A stretch of DNA of 59,013 nt, counting the filler, from Sphacelaria rigidula (Eukaryota), in assembly GCA_964200075.2 (NCBI GenBank). It is 10 parts of 10 records of this genome, joined end to end, with 100 filler letters (N's around TTAATTAATTAA, not from the genome) between each part and the next. Parts side by side here need not be neighbours in the genome. Positions count along the whole stretch, not along the records: positions 35,470 to 41,280 come from CAXNAA020024274.1; positions 41,381 to 47,191 come from CAXNAA020024275.1; positions 47,292 to 53,102 come from CAXNAA020024276.1; 7 more parts are not named here. The stretch is one strand, 5' to 3'. Shown piece after piece: positions 36,371-49,600 of the stretch (positions are counted from its first letter, which is position 1; every line of letters begins with the position of its first letter). The position numbers and the translations under genes are program-made. Below the pieces are notes generated by a model that worked only from the letters and a program-made list of their open reading frames with translations, was not told where the DNA came from and ran no database searches.

Positions 36371-37733
36371 TACGCCGAAACTGTGCGCAACTCTTCTTAG
36401 TATAGAAGTCATATTCCTGATCGCTGCCGCTTGGGGTTGGCCACCCTTTCGTATCGAAGCCACGGGATATCATTTACGGAGCTTGACCCGCTTAAAACTT
36501 CGATTTTCAGGGTGATTCATCCGAGTACTGCAATCTTTTTTTCCTTCACGTGGTGAAAATGCAGATGCAACGGATGACCGACTCTGGTTTTGAAATGGAA
36601 CACGCCTAGCGGACATTGGTCGCGAAAAAATGAGCCTCTTTGAAGGTTGAGCGTTTCTATTTTGATGTCCAAAAATGTTACGGTAAGAAGATTTTTGCTG
36701 TCAAGAAGGGGTACTTGTTACAAAGTTAATCCATACGCGTACAAGAGGACACCGTGGGTAACTCTTATAATATCTTCTTCCCCCTCCCCCCCCCCCCCCC
36801 CCCCTTCCTCCGCTTCGGATATTTCAATATAATTATTTTGAATTTTTGTCGAACTTCAAACCCCTCTCCTTCCTCGGGATGAGTCCGTGGTCTCAAGGGA
36901 TCAACCCCTCTCTCCCCCGGTACATGATGCAGTGTAACCCGTGACTGTCTCTGGGGTGTACTCATGACCTGGAGAGGAGCAGGGGGCGTACTCATTTGTT
37001 GCTTGGCTTAGTCGTTTGACCATTGACCACGCATCCCTTTCGAGATGGAGCACCTGTGTCTGTCTCTAGAGGTGACCACGCCAGAAATGAAGCAACTCTC
37101 ACGAGGCTGTCATCCTTATGCCAGATAATTAGAAAGCTTCGCACCGAACAATCTTGGCAGGATGCAAATCACCCCTCATGCGACTCGCCGAACACATAAT
37201 GACCCTTCGTGCTTGGTGGTTGCGAGCCTGGTCCGGCGAAACCCGGCGCGCTCCGTCCCGGCTGGTCAATGGCTTCCGGACTACAAGCTCATGAGCGCAC
37301 CCCTCTCTGCTTCGCTCTCTACAAAGGCAATTTTTAGGCCAATTGATTTATCCCTGATGTGCGATGATGGCACTCGATCCTGCCTCACTGCCGAACACAT
37401 AATGACCACTTGGGATTCAGGAAAATGCATGCATGTACTGCACATGTGATTGCGACGTATTTTTCATGGCTCTCACCTCATGTCCCTCGCCATTGAGCGT
37501 TCTTCTCGGGGACATGGCTTGTGACACTGTTCGTGGTGTGCGGAGGATGCTCCTGATTACCCCTGCTTGTCACATGCGGTTTAGAGGGCAGGCTGTTTTT
37601 GCTGGGTTTAGTTGGTCATTTTTTTACCGCTCCAGTTTGCTTCCTTGACATCGGCTGGCTACCTATGCTCTTCCAGCTTTGACGCTGCCGGCGCCACATG
37701 CCACGGATGAGACTTGATCTGGATTTCAGTGCT

Positions 37734-37852
37734 GGTCCCACTACAGTGCGGTCTTCCAAAGTCTGGGGTCCCATTAAAGTGCGGTCTTCTAGAGCCCGGG
37801 GTTCCACCACAGTGCGGTTATCCTGACGGGCGTGGTCCCACCATAGTGCGAT
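37734..37852 (+). repeat. ~33-bp tandem repeat x3.5 (GGTCCCACTACAGTGCGGTCTTC...)
   Basis: Four degenerate copies of GGT(C/T)CCACxAxAGTGCG. Confidence 0.75.
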
Positions 37853-39331
37853 CATCGTCACTTGTGACAAGATATTGTGCTGTAATATTTTAATCCGGGG
37901 TCCCAGCATGGCGCCGTCATCCCGGGCTGGCGATCCACCGTGCTATGCTGGGATTCTCCACTTTTCCCTTTTCTGTTCTCACGTATAATTCCCCCCTTTC
38001 CTCGGAACGAGTCCATGGTCTCAAGGAATCAACACATCTCTCCCCCGGTACACGTCTTGCACTATTGATTTCGCGGATTGGATAAGTACTCCCGCACCGC
38101 GTCAACTCGTCAAACAAACTAAGTCACCTCTTCTTGCTCTACTGGAAAAATGCGAGTATCAAATGGTTCTTTTTCCAAAACTGTTTACACGTACGTGAAT
38201 TGGGGGTCAGAGACTGGAACGACACATATTTCGTTTCGTTTGCAGGGGTGGCTTTGGCAAATAGATTCCCGGCGGTGAATGGCATTCCTCCGCTTCTGTT
38301 GTTGCGAAAGGAGGTCTGGTGCCGAGAAGTTCAGACATTTGGCTTTTTTTGGTGCGCTTTCCAACTATACAGCGGAAAGTATGAGCGTTCCCCTGTGCTT
38401 GCCGGGCGCTATTAGTAGCCATTATCCAACAAAAGCCAGCTTGACTTGGTGAGTGGGTCCAAGTTCGTACCAACAACGGGTGACTAGTACCACGATGATC
38501 GTGCAGAAAATTCAGTGTCCAAACGCACATGTTGTACTGCGAGAAGAAAATGGAGAAAGTTTCCCTTCTCACGTTCTTTTTCGTCAGTCACACGAAATTC
38601 GACTCTGGGTTTGTTGCCGTCCCTTCCCCCGTGTTTTATGTATGTGATTGTCATTCCTTAACCCCCCCCCCGCCTTCCCGCTTTCCGTACTCGGGATACG
38701 TACGTAGTTTCAAGGGATGAACTCATGTCTTCCCCCCGATACCTGCTCAACATTTTTTATTACCGAGCATTGGATCATGACATATCAGGACTCCCGCATG
38801 CACCCCGTCGCCTGTCGTCGAATTCTCATCTGCTGCTCGCATCCTGACGCTTTCAACGACGCAAACCAGATTCGACCGCACGGAAAATGACTTTCATGTC
38901 TGTCGGGGTTTTAAATCGCAACTTCTTGTGTTGATTGGTTGATAAATTGATCGATTGTCGCAAAATTATCTGATTTCCTACGAGTCCACCCGCGTTTAAT
39001 CGCAGGGTTGACTTACCAGTGATTCTACGGTAGGGATGCACTGTATAGTCCAGAAGTTTTTTGAGGCTACACACTAAGACCCATATGTTTGTCATCAAGC
39101 GGCTCCTTGAGTGCGGAGCCTCAGAAGAAAATTGTGCACCCCTACCGTAGAATCAATCTTCCGTGTGTGCCCCCCAAAGCAGACGTTTCTTGTTGATTGA
39201 TGTGATTGATGTAATGGGAATAACACACGTGAACGAGGTCAATCATTAACTGATCCGCTAGCTCCGGAACAACAATCCGCCATGCTCACAAGATACACGT
39301 CCGTGTGTGTCTGTATCCCCAACTAAAACAG

Positions 39332-39745
39332 ACGTTCCTGAAAACCATCGGGTTGGGACGCGTAGTCACGGCATACAACACGCGGAGCGGTGCTTACGGC
39401 AACGGTGCATCGGGACCTTCCACTGTCGGCGGTGCTGCTAACGCTGGAGGGCCATCGGCCGCCACGCGAGAACGATTCTTTCGGGGAGGGGGCCGAGTGC
39501 TCGGTACAGTCGCCTCCAATACCGTCGCCGACAATAACAGTAGGGGTGGGCGAGGTCGTGGCGCCGGGGGTACGGACAGGACAGACGGGACCAGTCAAAA
39601 TAATAATAATAGTGGGGTTTCTAGACTAGGTTCGCTGGACAGGGGGGGGCGAGTTGGTCAGGAGGAACTAGGGATGCCGTTGTTGGGCAGAAGACTTGGA
39701 GGAGATGAGTCATCATCTAATGTTCCCAGGGAGGCTGACGTGTAG
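39332..39745 (+). CDS. Candidate terminal exon of an unknown gene (Gly/Arg/Ser-rich disordered C-terminus)
   Basis: CTAAAACAG acceptor ending at 39331, 414-nt open frame ending in TAG, coding-like composition (TFLKTIGLGRVVTAY...VPREADV*). Confidence 0.55.
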   Translation, partial: TFLKTIGLGRVVTAYNTRSGAYGNGASGPSTVGGAANAGGPSAATRERFFRGGGRVLGTVASNTVADNNSRGGRGRGAGGTDRTDGTSQNNNNSGVSRLGSLDRGGRVGQEELGMPLLGRRLGGDESSSNVPREADV

Positions 39746-41405
39746 AGTGTTGGGGGTTGATATCGTATGGTAAGGACGGGTCGAGATTGAAATTTTGTGA
39801 TGAAAAGCAGGCACCGCAGCGTGCAGTACCGGCTGTGTCGTGCATTATTTTACCCCCGCCCCACCCCGCTACACCCACGCACACACACCACATCCGCCAA
39901 GGTCATATCTTGAAGCATGACGTTTGACCAGTCGTTCAAGGCTTTTTGCGGAGGTGAACTTCTCGTTCCTCATTTTTGTGACCTGTCAAGTTGGTGGGTG
40001 GGTGTGCATGTTTTGTGCAGTACAAACCTTTTGTGTGATGTGTGGAGTTGAGGTAGTGTGGACTAAGTTTTGAGCCTTTATTTTGGTATTGCAACACCTT
40101 GCGTGCTATTGATGTCCCCGGCTGAAGCTTTACTTTTGCCGAAATATTGACCTTTTCCTTAACCCTGAGACAGCGATAGCAGGTCATCTGTTGAATTCGT
40201 ATAATCTTGACCTGAGCAAAGTATGCATGATCCAGATGGACTACGAGTACCCTCGCGGTCTGTGGTTTAACCCTGTGACCGCGGGGCAGCCCGTTTGAGT
40301 GCATGCATGCGCCGCTGCACCACTTTTCTGTGTACAGTTCTTGTTTTGTTCTCTGTTTTGTTTCGATTGCTCCTACAAGCGCTTGTATATGATCTTGAAC
40401 TGCGTTGTCATAGTTAAACGGTTGACTTTTTTTTACTGCGATGTGATCATCAAGCATGTGTGGGGTGGAGTCCACGTACAAAAATGCCAAGCCAGTGAAT
40501 GTATCGCGATGTCGACCAATTTTTGTATGCAGCTGCTTCCGCGGCACAGGTCAGCCACCAAATCGCGGCCAACGAGCTACTTTGTGTACTGCTTATTTTT
40601 CTCTTGAGGAGACCAAAAGTTGCGCTGTTGCCTCCCTTCTCTTGAACGCAGTACGGTACTAACGACACATGTGCGAAGTTATTGGTGTTATTTCGGGGTT
40701 TGGAGGGAGGGGCTTGTCATGTATGCGCACAACCTACCCGCACGTGTTTTTTTCGCGGTTCACGCTTGAATCCATATACTGTACTGTATTCTGTTTTTTG
40801 TTCTTCGTGTTTTTACGACCTTCGCTTCTTTTTTTTTCGCGTAATGTTGTTGGCGATTTTGACGTGGATCGGACATTTTATGGACAGCTTCTTTGACTTT
40901 TCTCGTCGTGTTTTCAAGATTCGACTCGTCAGTGTGACGGCTGTTTTTGCGAGGAAGGATTTCTGGACGACCTCAATACCAACCCTGACAGGGGCCGTCC
41001 ACCTCTAGGTTTGTATCGTTGTGTATATCATTTCATTATTTTATTATTCTCTTGTTTTACTTGATTGTCTTCCAGTTTTTCTACGCACCTGTCAATTCCA
41101 TTCCTGATTGGCTTTAGTTTTAGTTTTGAGTTCCCTCCCATTGTTCGTTCTCTTTATATATACCCCCTCCCCCCAAGATTTTCGTGTAATATATGTAAGA
41201 AACGTGATGAGCGCCGGAATGTTGGAGGCGGCTCTATTGGGAGTAGGAACGGTGCTCCGTCTCGAAAGGGATGCGTGGTCNNNNNNNNNNNNNNNNNNNN
41301 NNNNNNNNNNNNNNNNNNNNNNNNTTAATTAATTAANNNNNNNNNNNNNNNNNNNNNNNNNNNNNNNNNNNNNNNNNNNNGGTGGGGCGTTGGTGTGTGT
41401 TGGGG

Positions 41406-41450
<45 letters not shown>

Positions 41451-41769
41451 GAACACCGAAGCAGGAACGAACTCTGCCTTCCTTTGTCCCATGCGATGAC
41501 CCCATGTTGCTCCCAAGTATCTGTAATAATTTTCGTCACTTACGTCATATCAATCATTTCACAGTCGGCCGTAGTCGCTGCGTGGTGTGTTTTACCCTAC
41601 GTCGGGCGTGGTTGGAGGCCCGTACAAGCATAACCGAGCAAACTCATGGGACAGAGGACATTTTTTTGGTCGGTGTAACACCGGAGACAGATAATGGCCA
41701 AAATGTTTTATTATGGTAGGTAAATGCAAACTCAAAAATATGTGCCAGTTGCCGATTGGATATGATACG

Positions 41770-43140
41770 TAGTATCGTTTTGATGTATTGGTAATATTGG
41801 CACGGCCACATAAACTCTAGTGTCCTCTACGGACGTTCATCGTCCCCATACTGTTCATTAGCAGAACGTGACAGAGCTACGCCACAGCTGACATGTTGAT
41901 TGACCATGTGTACGGGCTTTACGCCGTTCTTGTGCCTCCTTTGTGCTTGCTACAGCCGAGCTATTCACAACAAGTTCCCTACGAAACCGCGCTGAAACGT
42001 TTCAGTGTTATCCCTTTTCAACAGTATGGGGGCGGTATTTTGGAAGTAGACGTCCAAACATCACGCACGTGGCGTTTGGTGATGCTGAAACTTCACGTAT
42101 GTGCAAGTTCGCAGGTAGGTGTTGACGCAACAGTATCGGCGACCCAACGCGTTTTGTGCGCTGCGTGGGCTGAGAACATGATTATGCCTGCTGAAGCTGC
42201 TTTCGGAACATTTTTCAATCTTCCAATTTCACGAAGTGACTTTCGTTTCTGCTGCGGGTAAAAATTTGACTAACCGATTTTTTTGCGACTCCATGTTTGC
42301 GACATGACTTTTGCGACTTTTTTTCGCTAGATTTTTCCACTCAAGAACCCCCACTGATTTCGTTTTATTGGGGAAAACTTGGTCAAACATAAACCAAACG
42401 CATCCTGCTCCAAGGGGTACCTGCACACTCAACAGTTGCTACTGCCTACTTATTAAAAAAGTATCGTTTCGATGTATCGGTAATATCGGCACGGCCTCAC
42501 AAACTCTAGTGTCCTCTACGGACATTCATCGTCCCCATACTGTTTATTAGCAGAACGTGATAGAGCTACGCCACAGCTGACATGTTGGTTGACCATGTGC
42601 ACGGGGTTTACGTCGTTTTCGTGCCTCATTTGTGCTTGCTACAATCGAGCTATTCACAACACGTCCCTCCAACAAAACCGCTCTGAAACGATGTTTGTCG
42701 CAATGCTGCTCCTTTTCAATAGTATGGAGGCGGTATTTTGGAAGTAGACGTCCAGACATCACGCACATAGCGTTTGATGATGCCGAAACTTCACGTATGT
42801 GCAGGTTCGCCGATAGGTGTTGACACAACAGTATCGGCGACCCCACGCGTTTTGTGCGCTACGTGGGCTGAGAACATTATTATGCATGCTGAGGCTGCTT
42901 TCGGAGCATTTTTCAGTCTTCCAATTTCACGAAGTGACTTTCGTTTCTGCTGCGGGTAAAAATTTGACTAACCGATTTTTTTGCGACTCCATTTTCGCGA
43001 CTTCATTTTTTGCTAGATTTTTCCCCTCTAAAACCCCTATTGATTTCGGTTTGGGGGGGAAACTTGGTCAAACATAAACCAAACGCATCCTGCTCCAAGG
43101 GGCACCTGGACACAGCAGTTGCTGCTGCCTACCTAGTATC
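41770..43140 (+). repeat. Tandem duplication of a ~690-bp unit (41770-42459 and 42460-43140)
   Basis: Colinear similarity throughout. AGTATC occurs at the start, the junction and the end. Confidence 0.92.
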
Positions 43141-44283
43141 ATCCTCCGAATCAAAGTCTTGCGTGAGGACTCCCAGCGTGCAGCTCATTGACGCGACCAC
43201 TGCATTCTGCCACGTACCCTTCCCAACGTACCCGACAAGGGGGCAACATCCCCGTACAGACAGTAGCAATGCTAGCGGATCCCACGTCCTGACAGTCTGG
43301 CAGCCGGCAAGGTGGTTATAGTAGTGTCCTTCTAGCGACATCAACTTACAGTGCACTGGAGCAGAGTTTGCAGGTGAACATTTCGGCGATTGCCTCACCT
43401 GCAGTATGCCCAGATGTTGCGGATGTTGCGGATTTTTATCACGACATCGCTGAGTAACACTACGTACATTTACGTGTGGAAATGTACCCAACCGTGGATG
43501 AAGATTTCTACAGTCAGTACGAACACGATGTTGGAAGTGTACTGCGCACAGTGTGTTGTGTGTGTTGTCCCATCTATTCTGGACGCCGGTCTCTACCTTT
43601 CGGTATATGTGGGCGCACCAGCCACGCCTATGTTGCCATACAGCTTCGCCCAAGATACAGGCAGTCATTACAGCGGCGGAGGCGGCCTTTGACTCATGCG
43701 TGCGCCACCTGGGGCGAGCGCACGCTGTATCTGCAACACCGACAGCTTTATACAATGTGGTGTAGCGGTATAGCGCGTAGCGAGGGGTGATATCCCGCGT
43801 ACACGTTGGCTGCAGATACAAGCGGCTACGTTCATGATGTGGCGAACTGCATAGGACAATGCAAAATCAATGCAGGGCAGTGGTTGGCTAAGGATGTGGC
43901 GTCCTGTGGTGTGCTTTGTCACCCTGCACCCTGCCGCTGTGCAGTTAGCAAGTAGTACCGCCGAACGCGTCACGCTGCGATTGGTACGCAGTGTCGAACA
44001 CAGCGGCAATCAGAATATATATGTACCGTACATGGACGCCTGCATCCTATTTTGCTCACAGCCCTTGTATGCCCCTCTCCCACTTGGATGCTGTTTGTTT
44101 TGTCTGGGGCAGGAGTCGCCTCAAGACGAGAGCTTGGGCGCTCTGAATGTGATCGCTGTGATCGCAGGAACGTTCTTCCAGCAAGCCGAGATACCTCCGC
44201 CCTGAGTGTGACACGAAGACCCTATTTCGAACACCCGCCTGTTCTCAGGAGGTTTCCGCAGTAGGGCGGGGGGCGGGCAGGCG

Positions 44284-44609
44284 CAGTAGAGTTAACCGGC
44301 GTTAGGCTACAAATGTTCATGGTTGATAATTACTTGATTCGAGTGTGTACGATGAGGATCGGATCTTTAGTAGGGCTGACAGTCCCGTGTGCTCCTCGCG
44401 TGCGTAGAACTCCTTTTTAGTTGAAATCGGTGCCACAGGCGCCGATTTGGGGTCTACCAAGGCCGCACGTTGCCGAGGGAATGCTATGTACCGCCCTTGC
44501 CCGAGGGCTTTCGGTATACGTTGGGTTGGGTTTGGGGTTAGGAGTAACGATACTTGTTTAATTGTGATGACCATGGAGATTTGTGACCCGACGCCGGTTC
44601 AGTAGCCTC
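44284..44609 (+). mobile_element. MITE family B (~40-bp imperfect TIRs, internal telomere-like tract)
   Basis: GTTAACCGGCGTTAGGCTACAAATGTTCATGG ... CCATGGAGATTTGTGACCCGACGCCGGTT. Colinear with 47380-47729. Internal fragment at ~46850-46990. Confidence 0.8.
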
Positions 44610-47379
44610 GGCGGGCGAAGCTGCGTTTATGCTTGCTTGTCTCTTCGTGTCGAGCTTTTTGTTTTCAAAGTGTGTACTTCCCGAGTCTCGTAATATTATT
44701 CGTTCCTGTCAATTTTAATTTATGTTTTGTGGATGTATTCCTTTTTTCGTGGTCTGCTGAAGTACAGGTTGGAACTGATGCGACCAACGGGCGCGGCGGC
44801 ATTTCACCCCAACACGGCACTGTACAGTTGTTGAACTAACGTAGCTGTCAGATGTGAACGATAAAATATCGAGACAACCATCCACAGGCACCAATTCTGG
44901 TTTACGGGGGTCTTCCTCCGCCAGTGCGAAACGCGTGGCCCCAAGCGCATCATGTTGGCACGGTTTTCTTCACACGAGACTTGGTGAACGTGTCCGATCC
45001 TGTAGATACGAGGAAAATCGCCTCCAGGAGAATATTTGTGCCCTAGGGGCTATATTACTCAAGGGAGGGCGAAGGAAGTGGTGAGTGTACGGTGTTGAGG
45101 TGGGATATTCAAAATCTCGCGTCACTATTACTGAACGTAGCGAGATGGAACATGAGAGCGGAGGAGGGGACGGAGGAGTTAGAGAAGACGTGGCAACGCC
45201 AAGACCGCCTGCTGATCCGACCCACATCGCAAGCAAGGGAGTACTGCACTAAGCATCCAAGAGTGTCTCGCTTTGTCGCTGGCTCGCGGTGGGGGGGGGG
45301 GAACTCATTTGTTGCTTGCCGCGCCGCGTGCACCTCAGTTTCGTCCATGGAAAAAGCACGGGCGATTAGTCATTCGACCATCGACCATGCATCTCTTTCG
45401 AGACGGAGCACCGCCCGTAGTCCTAATAGATATCTCCGACATTGTGGCGCTCATCACGTTTTCCCCTCTCACTACTACCAGATACAGAACGCATAGCCGG
45501 CGCGATAGGAAAATATTTGGCATCATAGCGATCCCCACGAGCAAGCGAACAGCTGTTGGGGTTAGGGTTAGCGCGCACGGAACGTTCTGAAGTGACGGAT
45601 GATTTCGTTGAGAAGCAGTCGTCCATTGTAACGGATATAAACCGTTCAAGCAAGGAAATTTGGATTCCGAACGGGGAAAGATGTACTACAGTACCCCCGA
45701 GTAGTATTCTACATGTTTCATTTCGAGCAATGTCCCCCAGGTACGCCCACAGCTGTCACATATCATATCCGGAAGGAGTGTGCCAGCACTTTCTCCATGC
45801 AGTTCAGACCCCGTTTGGGACCTAGGAGGAGAGATTATTTCGATAAACCGTACAATTGATCCTGAGCATACACTGTATAGTACTGCATTTTGGGAGGGTT
45901 TTGCAGGCGGTAGGCTCGCCAACCCAGTGGGGGGATAGAGGGAGCCATCTCTCTCCCGTACACCTCTTCCTACGAAATGCTGAGCACTACTGCACGCAGG
46001 TGATGCACATATTCTGCACATATGTACACAGTAGTTGTTGTGCAAAGGTACCAACATGACGGCAGGTGCGGAGTGGCTTTATATGCTGGATTTTTTGCTA
46101 CCTCGTCTGCCAATGTGCTGCGGGTTGTCAAAAGAAAAAACGGGTCGTAACCAGGCTGCCTGATGCAGCGACGTAGCCCACCCCGACACCAGTTCCTAAC
46201 TCTGCCAGGAAGAAAGTGACCATACAAGGCGTGATAGCTGGATCAGACTGCATGAAGCACCTCTCATGGGCGCTACTGGCGAAACAACTCCAAGCGTGGG
46301 AGTTCCAGCAATCTCTCGTTGTGTGTGTGTCCCGTTTTGTTTTTGCTCGTTTCACCCAACTGACTGTATCTGTATTTCCCCCCGGGGCTGCCAGGAGCTT
46401 AGACGTTACAGAGGTGCGGTGGCTCACGCTCTTGTCTGCACAGCAGTCGACTACCTCGCTGGTACATTTTGCCTGCTCTTCACTTCGAAAATATGCATGT
46501 ACGCAAACGGATAGCACTGTACTTGCGTCGGCGGCACTTGCGTCACGGGGACATCGCCTTGTCACGTGTCCCGTAGCGCTTAGAGGCACGTTCTGTTCAA
46601 AAGATGCCGCACAATGAAGGTGTTTTTTCTCTTGGACTACTCATCATGCTTGGGGTACGTACAGAAACTTCTGGGTTAGGGTTACATGGTCGAAACCGCT
46701 TGCGAGTCCCGAGCCTATCGGACGAAACAGATGAAATTTCGATGGCGACTTCAACCTCACCCAAATATTGAACCTCAAAAACGGATCCAGGCTGTTAATG
46801 GTTCATCTTTCACGAATTGAGTGTGAATCACGAGAAGCGGAAGTTATTGTGGCCGACAGTTCCGTGTGCTCCTCGTATGCGTACAAAACGCATTTTTCGT
46901 TGAGATCGGCGCCACAGGCGCCGATTTGGGGTGTACCAAGGCCTCACTTTGCCTAGGGAATACACGTTCTGCCCTCGCCCGAGAACACGGGATCTTACCA
47001 ATTATTGGGGATGGATCTTTTATTGGGGATGAGAAACCCGGGGAATTAAAATCTTCGTACCCGCACCAAATCTTCGAAATATGGTTCAATTTCTCCACCT
47101 AAGGATAACTATTGACAACTAACAGCTGATTTTATATTTTGGGGTTCAAACAAAATATGGGGCTGAAGTGGCATATCTGTCTTGCACGAAANNNNNNNNN
47201 NNNNNNNNNNNNNNNNNNNNNNNNNNNNNNNNNNNTTAATTAATTAANNNNNNNNNNNNNNNNNNNNNNNNNNNNNNNNNNNNNNNNNNNNGGTAAACCA
47301 CCCAAGCACATCAATAACTTGGTCCCCCCCCCCCCCCCCCCCCCTCGGGACAAGTCCGTGGTGCCAAAATAACCAATCC

Positions 47380-47729
47380 CAGTAGAGTTCACCGGCGTTG
47401 GGCTACAAATGTCCATCGTTGACACATTACTTGATCTGAGTGTGTACAACGAGAAATGGATATTTAAATTGGGCTGACAGTCCCGTGTGCTCCTCGCGTG
47501 CGCAGAACGCGTTTTCGTTGAAAATCGGCGCCACAGGCACCGATTTGGGGTCTAAATTACCAAGGCCGCACTTTGCCCAGGAAATGGAATGCTGTGTACC
47601 GCCCTTGCCCGAGGGTTCTCGGTATGGGTTGGGGTTAGGGTTAGGGTTAGGGTTTGAGGGGTAGCGATACTTGTAAAATGTGTGTCAACCATGGACATTT
47701 GTAGAGCCCAACGGCGGTTAACTAGCCTC
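47380..47729 (+). mobile_element. MITE family B copy with (TTAGGG)3
   Basis: AGTTCACCGGCGTTGGGCTACAAATGTCCATCGTTGACACA versus TGTGTCAACCATGGACATTTGTAGAGCCCAACGGCGGTTAACT. GGGTTAGGGTTAGGGTTAGGG at 47632-47652. Confidence 0.85.
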
Positions 47730-47922
47730 CTTGTACCCGGCAATTTCAGTGCCGGCTTGACAATATATCACCTGTCGAACTGGGGTCAGCATTCGAACAG
47801 CACACTCCCGCACGCGGCCGATTCGCATAGGACTCCTTCCCCTTCCTCCCCTGCTGACCGCAATACTGTCGTCGCTACAAACGAAACGCCTCCAAAGAAC
47901 CTATACGTAGACACAACTGCAC

Positions 47923-48054
47923 CTTCTCGTAGAGCTGCAAGTTATCCCTCTGGAGGTTCTCCATGACGCCTTGAGCGGCTCGTGCCTCCCTCTGGTCGTT
48001 CTCGCGCTCGGCCTCGAGCTCCTTGATTCTTCGGCGGAAGCGGTCGCGCTGCGC
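47923..48054 (-). CDS. CASP: Internal exon of golgin CASP (CUX1-CASP / yeast COY1 homologue), CASP C-terminal domain
   Basis: AQRDRFRRRIKELEAE...LQRDNLQLYEK matches the CASP_C signature (QRDRFR..ELE...L..DN..LYEK). CAG acceptor, GT donor, 132 nt, phase 0/0. Confidence 0.85.
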
Positions 48055-48169
48055 CTGCTTTGTTTGTGCCATCCATCCCAGAAAAAGCACGAGTGTGTTC
48101 GGACGTTCAACGTTTCGGTTCAATCTATACCCTGGACATGTACATATATTCAAGCTGATCATACTGGAA

Positions 48170-48389
48170 CATGGCGATATATTGTCAGCGTAATATATGT
48201 ACTGGTACCCTGAGACTGCTCACGTATTGCCCGCCCAATAGATATTGGTACCTCTCCGGTTACCTGTGGTGTATCGCTCATGGCGATATATTATCAGCGT
48301 AGTATATGTACTGGTACCCTGAGACTGCTCACGTATTGCCCGCCCAATAGATATTGGTACCCCTCCGGTTACCTGTGGTGTATCGCTCA
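48170..48389 (+). repeat. Near-perfect 110-bp tandem duplication (would be intronic in CASP)
   Basis: ATGGCGATATATT.TCAGCGTA...GTGTATCGCTC occurs twice with few differences. Confidence 0.92.
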
Positions 48390-48689
48390 TACCCCGGATA
48401 ATACAGGATATTCCAATACGACACAAACACTTTGTATTGGCAGCAGCGCAAGTATTCTCTTCACAATATATCTTGTCTTAAGGCGGTGTTTTAACGATAC
48501 AAGGAAAATGAAAGATCATTTCGTGATAGTGATAACGAAGTGACGGTTCACAGCTTCATTATCACGACAAATCACGCGCCGTTCTAACCGGGCATGCCAA
48601 GGTGGGAAACAAGTGATACAAAGACGGTAAAACAGCACGCGAACAGACCAGCGACTTCACGAAGGGCAACAATCACGCGCAATGGGGTA

Positions 48690-49249
48690 TGGGTACTGTC
48701 GCAGGTCGAAACGCGGACCGCCTTCCCCACGAGAAGGAGAAGAAGCAACAGCAGCAGTAACAGCAGCATCTTCACTGCCAGTAGATGTACGCGGCTGGGG
48801 GTGGGTCTGAATTAGCCGGTGCCGATACTGCTGCTGCTGGCGTTCTTCCTCATGGAAGAGACGGTCCGCGTTTCGATGGTGCTACAACGCCCACGCACCT
48901 CGCACGTGATAGCCACCGTGCTGGAAAGCGCTGGCCCGTACTACCCGCCGATGGGTCTATGCTTCCTCACTAGGCTCAGTGCTGGGAGATATAGCTGCGC
49001 GCATCTCTCTGTGCGAACTGTGCACGTCGGGTGTGTCTCTACCGCGTGGCTACTACTGCTGGTGATGGGAATAAAGCCAGCGTCGAATACAGGGGAAAAC
49101 AAGTGACATGTACTCGTACTGAAAATGCTATGGGGGGAACAACAAGGCAACAGATCATAGTCGATCTCAAATATAGCAGGAAGAGGCAATAACGCGACAA
49201 GTGCATGGGCATTGTCGCACGTCAAAACGCGGACCGCCTCCCGCACGAG

Positions 49250-49285
<36 letters not shown>

Positions 49286-49600
49286 CTTCATTGCCCGTAA
49301 GTGTGTACGGCTGGGGGTGGGTCTGAATTAGCCGGTGCCGATGCTGCTGCTGCTGCTGCTGCTCTTGATCGTACTGTAGACGATCCGCGTTTCGACCGTG
49401 CGACAACATCCACGCACCTTGCGAGTGATCGCGACCGTGCTGGACAGCGCTGGTACGTACTACCCGCCGATGGGTCCATGCTTGCTCACTCGGAAACGTT
49501 CTGGGAGATATAGTTGTTCGCATCTCTGTGTGAGAGCTGAGCACGTGGAGTGTGTCTCCCACGCGTGGCTACTGCTGGTGATGGGATTAAAGCCAGCGTG
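48690..49600 (+). repeat. Two diverged copies of a ~400-bp repeat with CAG/CTG tracts (~48690-49085, ~49205-49600)
   Basis: Shared GGCTGGGGGTGGGTCTGAATTAGCCGGTGCCGAT and CGTACTACCCGCCGATGGGTC. Confidence 0.85.

Noticed and set aside
38245..38448. Candidate exon between TTTGCAG and GTGAGT
   Set aside because: Stop codons occur in all three frames.
39990..40300. Cys-rich fragment (CMFC...CVMC) plus a short protein-like frame
   Set aside because: It is interrupted by stops and no family is recognisable.
41407..41449. Long poly-G run as a G-quadruplex element
   Set aside because: It lies at a contig end, where homopolymer length is unreliable, and is likely a sequencing or assembly artefact.
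47632..47652. True telomere or chromosome end
   Set aside because: Only three repeats, internal to a MITE.
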